Below, in pieces: positions 1 to 9,953 of a DNA stretch of 64,000 bases. Under the pieces are notes generated by a model. That model was not told the DNA's origin. It searched no databases and saw only the letters and a list, made by a program, of their open reading frames with translations. The position numbers and the translations under genes are program-made. The stretch spans positions 7,069-71,068 of the forward strand of contig CAJXYJ010000002.1 of NCBI GenBank assembly GCA_913063255.1, given 5' to 3'. Origin of the DNA: an uncultured Flavobacteriales bacterium. GTDB taxonomy: Bacteria; Bacteroidota; Bacteroidia; Flavobacteriales; Flavobacteriaceae. Each line of letters opens with the position of its first letter. Within the stretch, counting starts at the first letter, position 1.

Positions 1-3000
1 GAATCCCATTAGCGGAAGTAATAGAAAAGTTTACCGAAGCGCTTTCTAAATCAAAATTTTTAGTGGGTCAAAACATTGGTTTTGATAATAATATCATGGG
101 AGCTGAATTTCATCGTCTTGGAATCGAAAATCCACTCCCTAGATTTCCAGTTTTAGATACCTGTACCGAGACTACAGCACAACTTTGTCAGTTGCCTGGT
201 GGTCGTGGAGGAAAGTTTAAACTCCCTACATTAACAGAGCTTCATCAGTTCTTGTTTAATAAATCTTTTAATGAGGCGCATAACGCAACTGCAGATGTGG
301 AGGCTACGACTCGTTGTTTTTTGGAGTTGGTAAGAAGGCAAATATTTACAACAAAAGAACTGAATGCTCAGCCAGATTATTTCGATAAATTCTCAAAGGC
401 TAATCCGCAAACTATTGAGTTGATAGGATTAAGGCATATCAATCTTAAGAAGGCTTCAGAAAAAATAAGAAAAGAGTTAGAGTCTTTAGTAGCACCACAA
501 GAAATATCTACCAAAGAATTAGAAGAAAACGTTGCAACACTTCAGGAAACTCCTTTTGCTCATTTGCATAACCATTCGCAGTTTTCAATATTGCAATCTA
601 CTTCTAGTACTCAGGATTTGATAAAAGCTGCAAGTGCTCTTGAAATGCCTGCAGTTGCGCTTACAGATAGCGGGAATATGATGGGTGCTTTCCATTTTGT
701 TCAGCAGGTAAATAATTATAATAAGGGGCTTAGTGAAGAAGAGTCTAATAAGACTCTAAAAGCTATAGTAGGATGCGAATTTTTTGTTTGCGAAGATCAT
801 CTCAATAAGAGTCATAAGGACAATGGCTATCAAATTGTGATGCTTGCTAAAAATAAAGCAGGCTATCATAATTTAGCTAAAATGTCCTCTATTGCTTATA
901 CCGAAGGATTTTATTATGTGCCAAGAATTGATAAATCTATAATAGAAAAGTACCAAGAGGGAGTTATTGTACTTACTGGAAGTTTGTATGGAGAAGTGCC
1001 AAGCAAAATTTTAAACATTGGTGAAAAGCAAGCGGAAGAAGCTTTAATTTGGTGGAAAGACACTTTTAAAGACGATTTGTATGTGGAAATCAATCGGCAT
1101 CAGCAAGAAGACGAAAAAAGGGTAAATGAGGTGTTGATTCCTTTAGCAAAAAAACACCAAGTAAAATTAGTTGCCTGTAATAATACCTATTATATCGATA
1201 AGGAAGATGCAAATGCACACGATATTTTATTATGTGTAAAAGACGGAGAGAAGCAAGCAACTCCTATAGGTCGAGGTAGGGGTTATCGTTACGGATTGCC
1301 AAATCAGGAGTATTATTTTAAGTCTTCAAATGAAATGAAAATCCTCTTTAAGGATCTTCCAGAAGCCATTGAGAATATTTCTGAAGTTATCGATAAAGTA
1401 GAGCCTTTTACTTTAGCTAGAAAAGTATTGCTGCCAAAATTCGATATTCCCGAAAACTTTATACATCCTGAAGATGAAAAAGATAAAGGGAATCGTGGAG
1501 AGAATGATTTTTTGAAACACCTTACTTATGAAGGTGCTAAAAAGCGATATCCAGAACTTACAGATGAAATTACAGAAAGACTCGATTTTGAGCTGGAAGT
1601 AATTGCAAATACAGGATATCCGGGTTACTTTTTAATTTGTCAAGATTTTATTGCGGAAGCTAGAAAAATGGATGTTTCGGTAGGGCCTGGAAGGGGTTCT
1701 GCTGCGGGTTCGGTGGTTGCTTATTGTCTATGGATTACCAATATAGACCCCATGAAGTACAATCTGCTTTTTGAGCGTTTTTTGAACCCGGAGCGTGTAA
1801 GTATGCCTGATATTGATATTGATTTTGATGATGAAGGTAGGGGAAGAGTTTTGGATTATGTGATTGATAAATACGGAAGTAATCAAGTGGCGCAGATTAT
1901 CACTTATGGAACTATGGCAGCTAAATCTTCTATTCGAGATACTGCTCGAGTTTTGGATTTACCTCTTAATGATGCCGATAGAATTTCTAAGTTAATTCCT
2001 AATATGACGAAGCTGAAAAAGATATTCGGCTATAGTGAAAAAGAAATTAGGAGCAAATTTAGAAGTGAAGAAGTTCCAAATGTAAATGAACTCCTCAATC
2101 TTTCAGAAGGAGAAGATTTAGAAGCACAAACCATTAATCAAGCTAGAATTTTAGAAGGTTCGGTTAGAAATGTAGGTACTCACGCCTGTGGTGTTATTAT
2201 TACGCCAGATGATATTACCAATTTTGTTCCCGTAGCTACTGCAAAAGATTCCGATTTATTTGTTACCCAGTTTGATAACTCTGTGGTGGAAAGTGCAGGG
2301 CTATTAAAAATGGATTTTCTAGGATTAAAAACCTTAACCTTAATCAAGGATACCGTAAAGTTGGTGAAGGTTAAACATAATGTAGATTTAGATCCAGATG
2401 CCTTTCCTTTAGATGATGAATTAACCTTCGAGTTATTTCAGAGAGGAGAAACCGTTGGTATTTTTCAGTATGAATCTGCTGGTATGCAAAAGTATTTAAA
2501 AGATCTAAAGCCAACTGTTTTCGATGATCTAATTGCTATGAATGCCTTGTACCGACCAGGTCCAATTGAATATATCCCGAGTTTTGTTAATCGGAAAAAT
2601 GGGGAAGAAGAAATCGTTTATGATCTTCCGGCTATGGAGGAATACTTAAAGGAAACTTATGGTATTACCGTTTATCAAGAGCAAGTAATGTTACTTTCCC
2701 AAAAGTTGGCAGACTTTACAAAGGGGGAAGCAGATGTACTTCGTAAGGCAATGGGTAAAAAGCAAATTGCGGTACTGGATAAAATGAAGCCTAAGTTCTT
2801 GGAACAAGCCATGAAAAAAGGGCATGAGGAAGTTAAATTAGAAAAAATCTGGAAAGATTGGGAAGCATTTGCAAGTTATGCATTTAATAAATCGCATTCT
2901 ACTTGTTATGCTTGGATTGCATACCAGACCGCCTTTTTAAAAGCACATTACCCTGCAGAATATATGGCAGCGGTGCTTTCTAATAATATGAAGGACATAA

Positions 3001-4124
3001 AGCAAGTAAGTTTCTTTATGGAGGAATGTAAGCGAATGGGCTTGGAGGTTTTAGGACCAGATGTAAATGAATCCTTTTTTAAATTTACAGTAAACGATCA
3101 AGGAGCGGTACGATTTGGAATGGGGGCTATAAAAGGAGTTGGAGGAAATGCAGTAGCGACTATTGTGGATACTAGAAAAGATGGAAAGTATAAATCTGTT
3201 TTCGATTTAGCGAAGCGAATTGACTTACGAGCTGCCAATAAAAAAGCATTTGAAGGATTGGCATTAGCAGGAGGATTTGATGGTTTTGATGCGCATAGAG
3301 CACAATACCTGCATCCCGATGAAAAAGGAGTGCTGTTTATAGAAAAAGTAATGCGCTATGCTGCTAGATATCAAGAAACTCAAAACTCCTCTCAGGTAAG
3401 CATGTTTGGAGATGCTAGTGAGGTGCAAATTCCCGAGCCAGAAGTGCCACCCTGTGAAGAATGGGGTGCCATGAAAAAATTAAAGCAAGAAAAAGAAGTG
3501 GTTGGAATCTACATTTCTGGACATCCATTAGACGATTTTAAAACCGAAGTGAAACGATTTTGTAATTGCAAGACTTCAGATTTTAACGACTTGGAGAAAT
3601 ATTTAAATCGAGAGATGTGTTTGGGTGGAATTGTTGGTGATGTACAACATTTAGAATCTAAAAAAGGAAAAGGATGGGCTAGATTTACCATAGAAGATTA
3701 TGACGATAGTTATGACTTTAGAATTTTTGGGGAAGAGTATTTAAAGCTGCGTCATTTCTTAGTTCCTAATTCCTTTGTTTATATGCGGATTTTTGTAAAA
3801 GAAGGATGGGTAAATAGAGATACTGGAAAAAAGGGAGATCCAAGATTGCAATTTAATGGCATACAAATGCTGCAAGATGTGATGGAAAGTCAAGCAAAAA
3901 AACTTACCATACAAATCCCTATTGAAGAGGTTAGTGAAGAAAGAGTAAATTATTTAAAAGATATTTTAAATACCCATAAAGGAGATAGGCATTTGCAATT
4001 TGTAATTTATGAAGTAGCCGATAAAGTAAAGCTAGTCATGTCTGCTAAAAAACACAAGGTAGCGATCTCTAACGAATTATTAGATGAATTGGAAAAAGAA
4101 CAGGTTCGGTTTAAGCTAAATTAG
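1..4124 (+). CDS. dnaE: DNA polymerase III alpha subunit with N-terminal 3'-5' exonuclease-like domain (5' end outside window)
   Basis: PHP motif HLHNHSQFS, GPGRGSAAGS, catalytic MPDIDIDFDD, FNKSHS; exonuclease-like AHNATADV near N-terminus. The frame is open from base 3, so the true start lies upstream. Confidence 0.97.
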   Translation, partial: IPLAEVIEKFTEALSKSKFLVGQNIGFDNNIMGAEFHRLGIENPLPRFPVLDTCTETTAQLCQLPGGRGGKFKLPTLTELHQFLFNKSFNEAHNATADVEATTRCFLELVRRQIFTTKELNAQPDYFDKFSKANPQTIELIGLRHINLKKASEKIRKELESLVAPQEISTKELEENVATLQETPFAHLHNHSQFSILQSTSSTQDLIKAASALEMPAVALTDSGNMMGAFHFVQQVNNYNKGLSEEESNKTLKAIVGCEFFVCEDHLNKSHKDNGYQIVMLAKNKAGYHNLAKMSSIAYTEGFYYVPRIDKSIIEKYQEGVIVLTGSLYGEVPSKILNIGEKQAEEALIWWKDTFKDDLYVEINRHQQEDEKRVNEVLIPLAKKHQVKLVACNNTYYIDKEDANAHDILLCVKDGEKQATPIGRGRGYRYGLPNQEYYFKSSNEMKILFKDLPEAIENISEVIDKVEPFTLARKVLLPKFDIPENFIHPEDEKDKGNRGENDFLKHLTYEGAKKRYPELTDEITERLDFELEVIANTGYPGYFLICQDFIAEARKMDVSVGPGRGSAAGSVVAYCLWITNIDPMKYNLLFERFLNPERVSMPDIDIDFDDEGRGRVLDYVIDKYGSNQVAQIITYGTMAAKSSIRDTARVLDLPLNDADRISKLIPNMTKLKKIFGYSEKEIRSKFRSEEVPNVNELLNLSEGEDLEAQTINQARILEGSVRNVGTHACGVIITPDDITNFVPVATAKDSDLFVTQFDNSVVESAGLLKMDFLGLKTLTLIKDTVKLVKVKHNVDLDPDAFPLDDELTFELFQRGETVGIFQYESAGMQKYLKDLKPTVFDDLIAMNALYRPGPIEYIPSFVNRKNGEEEIVYDLPAMEEYLKETYGITVYQEQVMLLSQKLADFTKGEADVLRKAMGKKQIAVLDKMKPKFLEQAMKKGHEEVKLEKIWKDWEAFASYAFNKSHSTCYAWIAYQTAFLKAHYPAEYMAAVLSNNMKDIKQVSFFMEECKRMGLEVLGPDVNESFFKFTVNDQGAVRFGMGAIKGVGGNAVATIVDTRKDGKYKSVFDLAKRIDLRAANKKAFEGLALAGGFDGFDAHRAQYLHPDEKGVLFIEKVMRYAARYQETQNSSQVSMFGDASEVQIPEPEVPPCEEWGAMKKLKQEKEVVGIYISGHPLDDFKTEVKRFCNCKTSDFNDLEKYLNREMCLGGIVGDVQHLESKKGKGWARFTIEDYDDSYDFRIFGEEYLKLRHFLVPNSFVYMRIFVKEGWVNRDTGKKGDPRLQFNGIQMLQDVMESQAKKLTIQIPIEEVSEERVNYLKDILNTHKGDRHLQFVIYEVADKVKLVMSAKKHKVAISNELLDELEKEQVRFKLN

Positions 4125-4239
4125 CTTTTAAATGGTATAAAGATTAATGATACTAGAATTAAATAATCTAATAATTAGAATGTAAGTTAACGTGTTTATA
4201 TTGACTACATTTGCATAACAATTAAAAAAAAATAGTATT

Positions 4240-4557
4240 ATGGCATTAGAAATAACAGATAAAACATTTGAAGAAGTTGTTTTGAAAAGTGACAAACCAG
4301 TTTTAGTTGACTTTTGGGCAGCTTGGTGTGGACCATGTAGAATGGTTGGACCAATTATTGAAGAAATAAGTAAAGATTTCGAAGGAAAAGCAGTGGTAGG
4401 GAAGGTAGATGTAGATGCAAATCAAGAATTTGCTGCTAAATTTGGAGTTCGAAATATACCAACAGTATTGGTATTTCAAAACGGAGAAGTAGTAGGTAGA
4501 CAAGTAGGAGTTGCTCCTAAAAATGTTTACGAAGAAGCAATAAATTCTATATTATAA
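4240..4557 (+). CDS. trxA: Thioredoxin
   Basis: WCGPC active site, 105 aa; TACATTTG (-7 box) at 4206-4213. Confidence 0.97.
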   Translation: MALEITDKTFEEVVLKSDKPVLVDFWAAWCGPCRMVGPIIEEISKDFEGKAVVGKVDVDANQEFAAKFGVRNIPTVLVFQNGEVVGRQVGVAPKNVYEEAINSIL

Positions 4558-4581
4558 TTATAGATAATATTTAAGACTGTT

Positions 4582-4612
4582 AAAAGGTTTGTCGTTTGAC
4601 AAACCTTTTTTA
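4582..4612 (+). terminator. Intrinsic terminator after trxA
   Basis: AAAAGGTTTGTC-GTTT-GACAAACCTTTT hairpin followed by a T-run. Confidence 0.8.
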
Positions 4613-4623
4613 TTTTAGACGGG

Positions 4624-5553
4624 TTGGATATACAAAAAGAAATAAACGAAATTGCCAGTTTTAATAACCTAGAGCTACTTGCACATCAAGTTGTAGAAGG
4701 GTTTATTTCTGGATTGCACAAAAGTCCTTTTCATGGCTTTTCGGCAGAGTTTGCCGAACATAAAATTTATAACCAAGGAGAGAGTACCAAGCATATAGAT
4801 TGGAAGCTTTATGCAAAAACCGATAAATTATATACCAAGCGTTACGAGGAAGAAACCAATTTACGTTGCCATCTAATAATAGATAATAGCAGCTCTATGC
4901 ATTATCCTTCATTAAAGCAATTTAACATCAATTCCTTAAATAAAATTGCCTTTTCCGCTTTGGCTTCCGCAGCAATTATGAATTTGCTTAAAAGGCAAAG
5001 GGATGCTGTAGGACTTAGTATTTATAGCAATGAATATGAATATTATGCCAATGAAAAAGGGAGTGAGCGGCACCATCAAATGCTATTAGGGAAACTTAAT
5101 GAAACTTTAGTAGATCCAAAGGAAAGCAAAGACACAAAGACTTTTACTTTTTTACATGAAATTGCCGATAAAATTAAACGACGATCTATGATCTTTCTGT
5201 TTACCGATATGTTTCAGAGCGATACAGAGGCTGAAAAACTGTTTGAAGCATTGCAACATTTAAAATATAATAAACATGAGGTAATTTTATTTCATACTTA
5301 TGATAAAGAAAAAGAAATAGAATTTGATTTTAACAACAGACCAAAGCGATTTGTAGATGTAGAAACTGGAGAGCATATTAATTTATATGCAGAAAATATA
5401 AAGGAAAGTTATGAAGCTGCTGTGAAATCGTACTTTTCGGAATTAAAATTACGGTGTGGACAGTATCGTATTAAGTATGTTCCGGTAGATATAAATGAAA
5501 ATTTTAATACCATTTTGACCACTTATCTTGTAGAGCGTCAAAAGTTTGTCTAG
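4624..5553 (+). CDS. DUF58 family (vWA-associated) protein
   Basis: G.HKSPFHGFSAEFAEH..Y..G...KHIDWK..AK signature. Confidence 0.9.
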   Translation: MDIQKEINEIASFNNLELLAHQVVEGFISGLHKSPFHGFSAEFAEHKIYNQGESTKHIDWKLYAKTDKLYTKRYEEETNLRCHLIIDNSSSMHYPSLKQFNINSLNKIAFSALASAAIMNLLKRQRDAVGLSIYSNEYEYYANEKGSERHHQMLLGKLNETLVDPKESKDTKTFTFLHEIADKIKRRSMIFLFTDMFQSDTEAEKLFEALQHLKYNKHEVILFHTYDKEKEIEFDFNNRPKRFVDVETGEHINLYAENIKESYEAAVKSYFSELKLRCGQYRIKYVPVDINENFNTILTTYLVERQKFV

Positions 5554-5590
5554 CAGCACTAAATTATTGTTATATTTTTTTTAAAAATAG

Positions 5591-5621
5591 TTTGTCAGAA
5601 TGAATAGGAGGTGTATATTTG
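5591..5621 (+). promoter_or_regulatory. Bacteroidota primary-sigma promoter of tRNA-Asp
   Basis: TTTG (5591-5594), 19-nt spacer, TATATTTG (5614-5621); matches the -33/-7 consensus. Confidence 0.75.
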
Positions 5622-5658
5622 CCCTCGCTAACAAGCAATAATTTATTATTGTAAGCAC

Positions 5659-5732
5659 GGTCTGGTAGTTCAGTTGGTTAGAATACCTGCCTGTCACGCA
5701 GGGGGTCGCGAGTTCGAGTCTCGTCCAGACCG
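5659..5732 (+). tRNA. tRNA-Asp(GTC)
   Basis: Acceptor stem GGTCTGG/CCAGACC, D-arm TAGTTCAGTTGGTTAGAATA, anticodon arm CCTGC-CTGTCAC-GCAGG, T-loop TTCGAGT. Confidence 0.97.
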
Positions 5733-5735
5733 CAA

Positions 5736-5825
5736 TTAAAATGTTGTGTTGTGACACAGAAATGTGTCGCTAGGTTTATGTAGTTAAACCGATGAGAAGC
5801 TTGTCCATTTGGATAGGCTTTTTTT
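5736..5825 (+). ncRNA. Structured repeat motif, copy 1 (hairpin-hairpin-GATGAG-terminator)
   Basis: GTGACACA-GAAA-TGTGTCGC, GGTTTA-N6-TAAACC, AAGCTTGTCCA-TT-TGGATAGGCTT plus T-run; recurs five more times. RNA function is inferred, not shown. Confidence 0.5.
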
Positions 5826-5967
5826 GTTATAGGGAGATTCTTATCTAAAATGCCAATTTTCCTTCTTATTTTCTTAAAAAAAGTGTGCCTATAGGTGTAC
5901 TATTTAAGTAAAAAGTACCCCACTAAAATATTCTACCTATATTTATTCATTATACAACTAATAACCA

Positions 5968-6729
5968 ATGATAAAATTCTTTAGAAAAATACGTTACGAT
6001 CTTATGGGACAAAATAAAACTGGAAAATATTTAAAATATGCGGTTGGGGAAATCGTATTAGTTGTTATTGGAATTTTATTAGCATTACAAATAAATAATT
6101 GGAACCAGGAAAGAATTAATCAAAAACGAGTTACTAATTACTTAATTAATTTAGTTGAAGATATTAAATCGGACATTGTTCATTATAAAATCAATATAAA
6201 TGGATACAAGGATGATCTTAATAACAACAAGAGACTTTTTATAAATGACGATTATAAATTGTTAGCCGCGGATTCTCTTTTGAAACTTGTTAATAGCTAC
6301 TATCACATCAACAGGACTTCTAGCCAAACTTATGAAAAAATTAAAAACGCTGGACTTATTGAATCTCTAGGCTCAGAAACAACTAATAAAGCTGTAAATG
6401 ATTATTATAACTTAGAAATTATTTATTACATAAACCTGTTTAAATGGGATAAAGAATACAGTAATAAGGATTCCGATTTTTGGTTTTATAATGAAACCTT
6501 TGAATCTAGTTCGGACAGAGATTATAAAACCAACGCACTTGCCTTTCTAGATAGTCCTGACAAAAGAAAAAATGATTTAATAAATCTTATAGAATCAATT
6601 CAAGGCAGAAACCACTTAAGAGGTGCAATAATTAGGAAGGAGCACACGCTAAAAAGAGTACAGGAATTAAAATCTGTTGCTGAAAATTTAATAAAAATGA
6701 TTAACCAAGAACTAGAAAAGAGATTGTAA
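5968..6729 (+). CDS. DUF6090-like membrane-anchored protein
   Basis: N-terminal MIKFFRKIR...KYLKYAVGEIVLVVIGILLALQINNWN signature; paralogue at 39427. Confidence 0.8.
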   Translation: MIKFFRKIRYDLMGQNKTGKYLKYAVGEIVLVVIGILLALQINNWNQERINQKRVTNYLINLVEDIKSDIVHYKININGYKDDLNNNKRLFINDDYKLLAADSLLKLVNSYYHINRTSSQTYEKIKNAGLIESLGSETTNKAVNDYYNLEIIYYINLFKWDKEYSNKDSDFWFYNETFESSSDRDYKTNALAFLDSPDKRKNDLINLIESIQGRNHLRGAIIRKEHTLKRVQELKSVAENLIKMINQELEKRL

Positions 6730-6840
6730 ACCTAAGAAGTATATAGTTCACTGCTTCCTTATTACAAAAGATGAATAATAAGATGAATCTAACAAAGATA
6801 AAAATCTAATCATAATATACAATTACTTACATGAGAGTTC

Positions 6841-7095
6841 TCGAGTCTCGTGCAGACCAGGACCATGCGTAAAGAAAACATCCAGTGGATGTTTTTAGCG
6901 AAGGGCCTAGGTGGCGCTTTGGCCGTTTAAAATGTTGTGTTGTGATACAAAAATGTATCGCTAGGTTTATGTAGTAAACCGATGAGAAGCTTTTCCAATA
7001 GGAAGGGCTTTTTTTGTTTGGTGGAGGTTCTTATCTAAAACGCCAATTTTCCTTCTTATTTTCTCTAAAAAAGTGTGCCTGTAGGTGTACTATTT
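6841..7095 (+). repeat. Diverged copy of the tRNA 3' end and downstream flank (motif copy 2) with a ~70-bp palindromic insert
   Basis: TCGAGTCTCGTGCAGACC, then an insert containing AAAACATCC-AGT-GGATGTTTT, then sequence aligning to 5736-5905. Confidence 0.9.
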
Positions 7096-7188
7096 CCTTC
7101 TAATTTGTGCCATTTTACATCAAAAAAGACACCTCTGAGGACACCCCAAAAATTCAAAAGACACCTATTTAATTAAAATCCAAAAATT

Positions 7189-8385
7189 ATGAAACTTAAT
7201 ATATTGTTTATAGCTAATAAACGCAAAGTAACAAGTACTGGAAAATGTACTCTTTTATGTAGAATAACTTATAGAAAATCAAGGAAATCATTAAGTACTG
7301 GTCTTATGGTTAATCCTCTACTCTGGAACAGTAAAAAACAACAAGCTGAACCACCAGAACCCGATGAAAGTTACATCAACACCCAACTAAGCCTGATAAG
7401 ACAAAATCTTAATCAGGCTTTTTTATTTCTACAAGTGAAGGGAACTTCATTTACTGTACTAGATATTTATCATCAATACAAAGGAGAAGCTCCAAAAGAT
7501 GAGCTAGGTGTTATAGAAGTTTATAAGCTACATAATGCTAGAATTAAGAGGTTAATAGGGATAGAAATCAAGCAAGTAACCTATCAAAAATACCTAGAAT
7601 CTGGCAAGCATCTACAGGACTTTATAAAGCATAGATTTAAAGCTCATGACACATGTTTTAACATGGTAAAGAGCAACTTTCTCAACGATTATGAGTATTA
7701 CCTTAAAACTGAGAAGAACATGCAGCAGAGCACTTTAAATAAAGCGATACAGCGTTTTAGAAAGGTGGTAAAGTATGCCATTTCTGAGGGTTATTTAAAT
7801 AAAGACCCTTTCCTTTTATTTAAGTATAAAACAGTAAGAAAAGAGGTGATATTTCTAACAGTAGAGGAACTGCAAAAGTTAGAGAACCATCATTTTAAAT
7901 TTACCAGAATAGAGAAGGTAAAAGACCTATTTATTTTCTGTTGCTATACAGGATTGGCATATAAAGAAATGGCTACCCTAAAAAAGGAAGATATAGTAAA
8001 GGAATTTGATAATAATCTTTGGTTACATATTAAAAGAAGTAAAACCAGTAAGCTATATAAAGTGCCCTTACTTCCTAAAGCATTAGAAATTTTAGAGAAA
8101 TATAAGGATGAAAATTCAGAATTAATATTTACTAATATCTCTAATCAGCGATTCAATGGATATCTAAAGGAGATAGCAGATGTAGTTGGAATTAAGAAGA
8201 ATCTAACGCATCATATAGCTAGGAAAACCTTTGCTAGTACTGTATTGCTTTATAATGATGTTCCTATGGAAATAGTGAGTGAACTATTAGGGCATAGTAG
8301 TATTAAGACCACTGAGGCTAGTTATGGAAAGATAGTGCAGAAGAAAGTTAGTTTGGAGATGGATAGGTTAAAGGGAATTACTTAA
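7189..8385 (+). CDS. Tyrosine recombinase/integrase (Bacteroidota type with arm-binding and SAM-like domains)
   Basis: FCCYTGLAY, HHIARKTFA (HxxR), LLGHSSIKTT..SY; adjacent to the tRNA att site. Confidence 0.95.
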   Translation: MKLNILFIANKRKVTSTGKCTLLCRITYRKSRKSLSTGLMVNPLLWNSKKQQAEPPEPDESYINTQLSLIRQNLNQAFLFLQVKGTSFTVLDIYHQYKGEAPKDELGVIEVYKLHNARIKRLIGIEIKQVTYQKYLESGKHLQDFIKHRFKAHDTCFNMVKSNFLNDYEYYLKTEKNMQQSTLNKAIQRFRKVVKYAISEGYLNKDPFLLFKYKTVRKEVIFLTVEELQKLENHHFKFTRIEKVKDLFIFCCYTGLAYKEMATLKKEDIVKEFDNNLWLHIKRSKTSKLYKVPLLPKALEILEKYKDENSELIFTNISNQRFNGYLKEIADVVGIKKNLTHHIARKTFASTVLLYNDVPMEIVSELLGHSSIKTTEASYGKIVQKKVSLEMDRLKGIT

Positions 8386-9712
8386 TTGAAGCATATTTCT
8401 TCATTTCGGTAGTCACATGAATTAATGCCCCTTCCCAAGCCTTTCCTATCCTTTCTGTGTATAGTTCTCCTAGTTCTTCTCTAATGGTTTCTGTAAGGGA
8501 TTCTAATACTACCGGATAATGTTCTTCCAACACCCCATATCTAACATGGCTTTCACCAAGAGATTTTAACCCTAATTCTAAAAATTCTGGTCTGCTCATA
8601 GAGTAGACAATGCCTCCTAGCATATGTGTTAAAAGCCTACCTTGGGACTTCATATTATTTTTAAATAGCTCTCTGGTTTGGGGTGATTTTGTAAATACCT
8701 TATTATAAAATTTCTTTGCAAACTCATCTTCATTTCTTAACAAATAATCCAGTGAATTCTGTAATTCTAATTGAATATCCATTTCTTTAAAACCAATTAA
8801 TTCATAAAGTATGGTATCGTGCTCATGCCCTGCCATTTGGTTGCTGTATTCTTCCCCAAGATTTAAGGTGTTTTCAGGAAACCCTTTATAAATAGATTCA
8901 GAAATTAAAATATTAGTTCCTGCCTCCTTGTTGAAGCCTTGTATCCTACTAGCGGTATTTATAGGGTCACCAACTACTGCAAATTGTTTATGTTTGGGAT
9001 GCCCTAAATGCCCTATAAATGCTCTGCCAAAGTTGATTCCAATACCCATTTTAATTTCTGTGTCAAAATCAACAAGTTCCATACGATTAAGCCTTTTAAT
9101 AGCATATTGCATCCCTAAAGCGGCACGTACTGCGTCTTTACAATTCTTATTTCTCAAGCCTCCTGCAACACCAAATAGTCCAATAATTTCATCCCCTACA
9201 TACTGATAAATAATGCCGTTATTAATTAAAATGGGATCGCCTAATACAGTATAAAACCTATTTAATATATATGCTGTATCAAATGTTTTGTTCTCAGAAG
9301 CTATTTTGGTGAAACCTCTAATATCACAAAATAAGATGGCAATAGCCCTTTCTTCGGCTGTCCCTTCTGGCAAAGTTTCTAACTGAAGTTTATTAATTTC
9401 AGAGCTATTCCATACTAATCTTTGAATAGAAATATCATCTTTTATATAACATTGACATGCTAATCTTATAGAAGGATCCCACTTTCGTAACTGAGCTGTT
9501 TCCCTTTCTACTTTAGTTCTTGGAGATATGTTTTGGAGACCCTCAATGATTCTAACACGGCATGTAGTACATTGTCCACTTCCCCCACATTCATGCATGT
9601 GTGGAATCTGATTTATTATTGAACAGTCCAATAATGTAGCTTCTTGGTCTTTAAACTTCACTTGTTGATTAATCCCAGTATAAGTTACTATTGGTGTTTT
9701 TACTTTTGGCAT
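8378..9712 (-). CDS. 2Fe-2S ferredoxin / class III nucleotide cyclase / globin fusion, copy 1
   Basis: CGGSGQCTTC...RLAC; ILFCDIRGFT, YVGD, GDPINTASR; globin FY..F...P..RELF...LG.SH..YGV...HY. Confidence 0.9.
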   Translation of the reverse strand: MPKVKTPIVTYTGINQQVKFKDQEATLLDCSIINQIPHMHECGGSGQCTTCRVRIIEGLQNISPRTKVERETAQLRKWDPSIRLACQCYIKDDISIQRLVWNSSEINKLQLETLPEGTAEERAIAILFCDIRGFTKIASENKTFDTAYILNRFYTVLGDPILINNGIIYQYVGDEIIGLFGVAGGLRNKNCKDAVRAALGMQYAIKRLNRMELVDFDTEIKMGIGINFGRAFIGHLGHPKHKQFAVVGDPINTASRIQGFNKEAGTNILISESIYKGFPENTLNLGEEYSNQMAGHEHDTILYELIGFKEMDIQLELQNSLDYLLRNEDEFAKKFYNKVFTKSPQTRELFKNNMKSQGRLLTHMLGGIVYSMSRPEFLELGLKSLGESHVRYGVLEEHYPVVLESLTETIREELGELYTERIGKAWEGALIHVTTEMKKYASIK

Positions 9713-9792
9713 TTTATCCGCCTTATTAATTTTATTGTTAAAGATAACAATAAATATTAATTACTATTTTTTGTTTTAAAAAAGAGTTTAAT

Positions 9793-9902
9793 TATTAGGG
9801 CATATTAGTATAAAAACTACTGAAGCTAGTTATGGAAAGATAGTTCAGAGGAGTGTTAGTAAGGAGATTTCAAGAGTATCAGGGTTGTTAAAGCCAAAAT
9901 GA
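9793..9902 (+). pseudogene. Integrase 3'-end fragment
   Basis: Translates LGHISIKTTEASYGKIVQRSVSKEISR, matching the C-terminus of 7189..8385. Confidence 0.85.
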
Positions 9903-9953
9903 TTAAATTAGGCATAGATTAGTGAATGTTCTATCATTAATAACTCAAATGAT

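Noticed and set aside
5789-5825. CCGATGAG followed by a stem resembles the hammerhead ribozyme core CUGAUGA
   Set aside because: Second base is C in the copies that retain it, no GAAA follows the stem, and the stem ends in a T-run typical of a terminator.
6841-6858. Additional tRNA genes at 6841, 29658, 41814 and 44712
   Set aside because: Only the T-arm and acceptor 3' half is present; no D or anticodon arm.
7189-8385. This integrase as the integron integrase for the attC-like cassettes
   Set aside because: It has the long arm-binding N-terminus and YTGLAY motif of Bacteroidota island integrases, and I see no IntI-type insertion; a role in trans cannot be excluded.
8928-9206. Short opposite-strand or overlapping track ORFs (e.g. 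3509, 4303, 8928, 13330, 14470, 20009, 27712, 31115, 51767, 52325, 59180, 60908)
   Set aside because: They are shadows of well-supported genes; the 8928/31115 pair is similar only because the underlying cyclase genes are duplicated.
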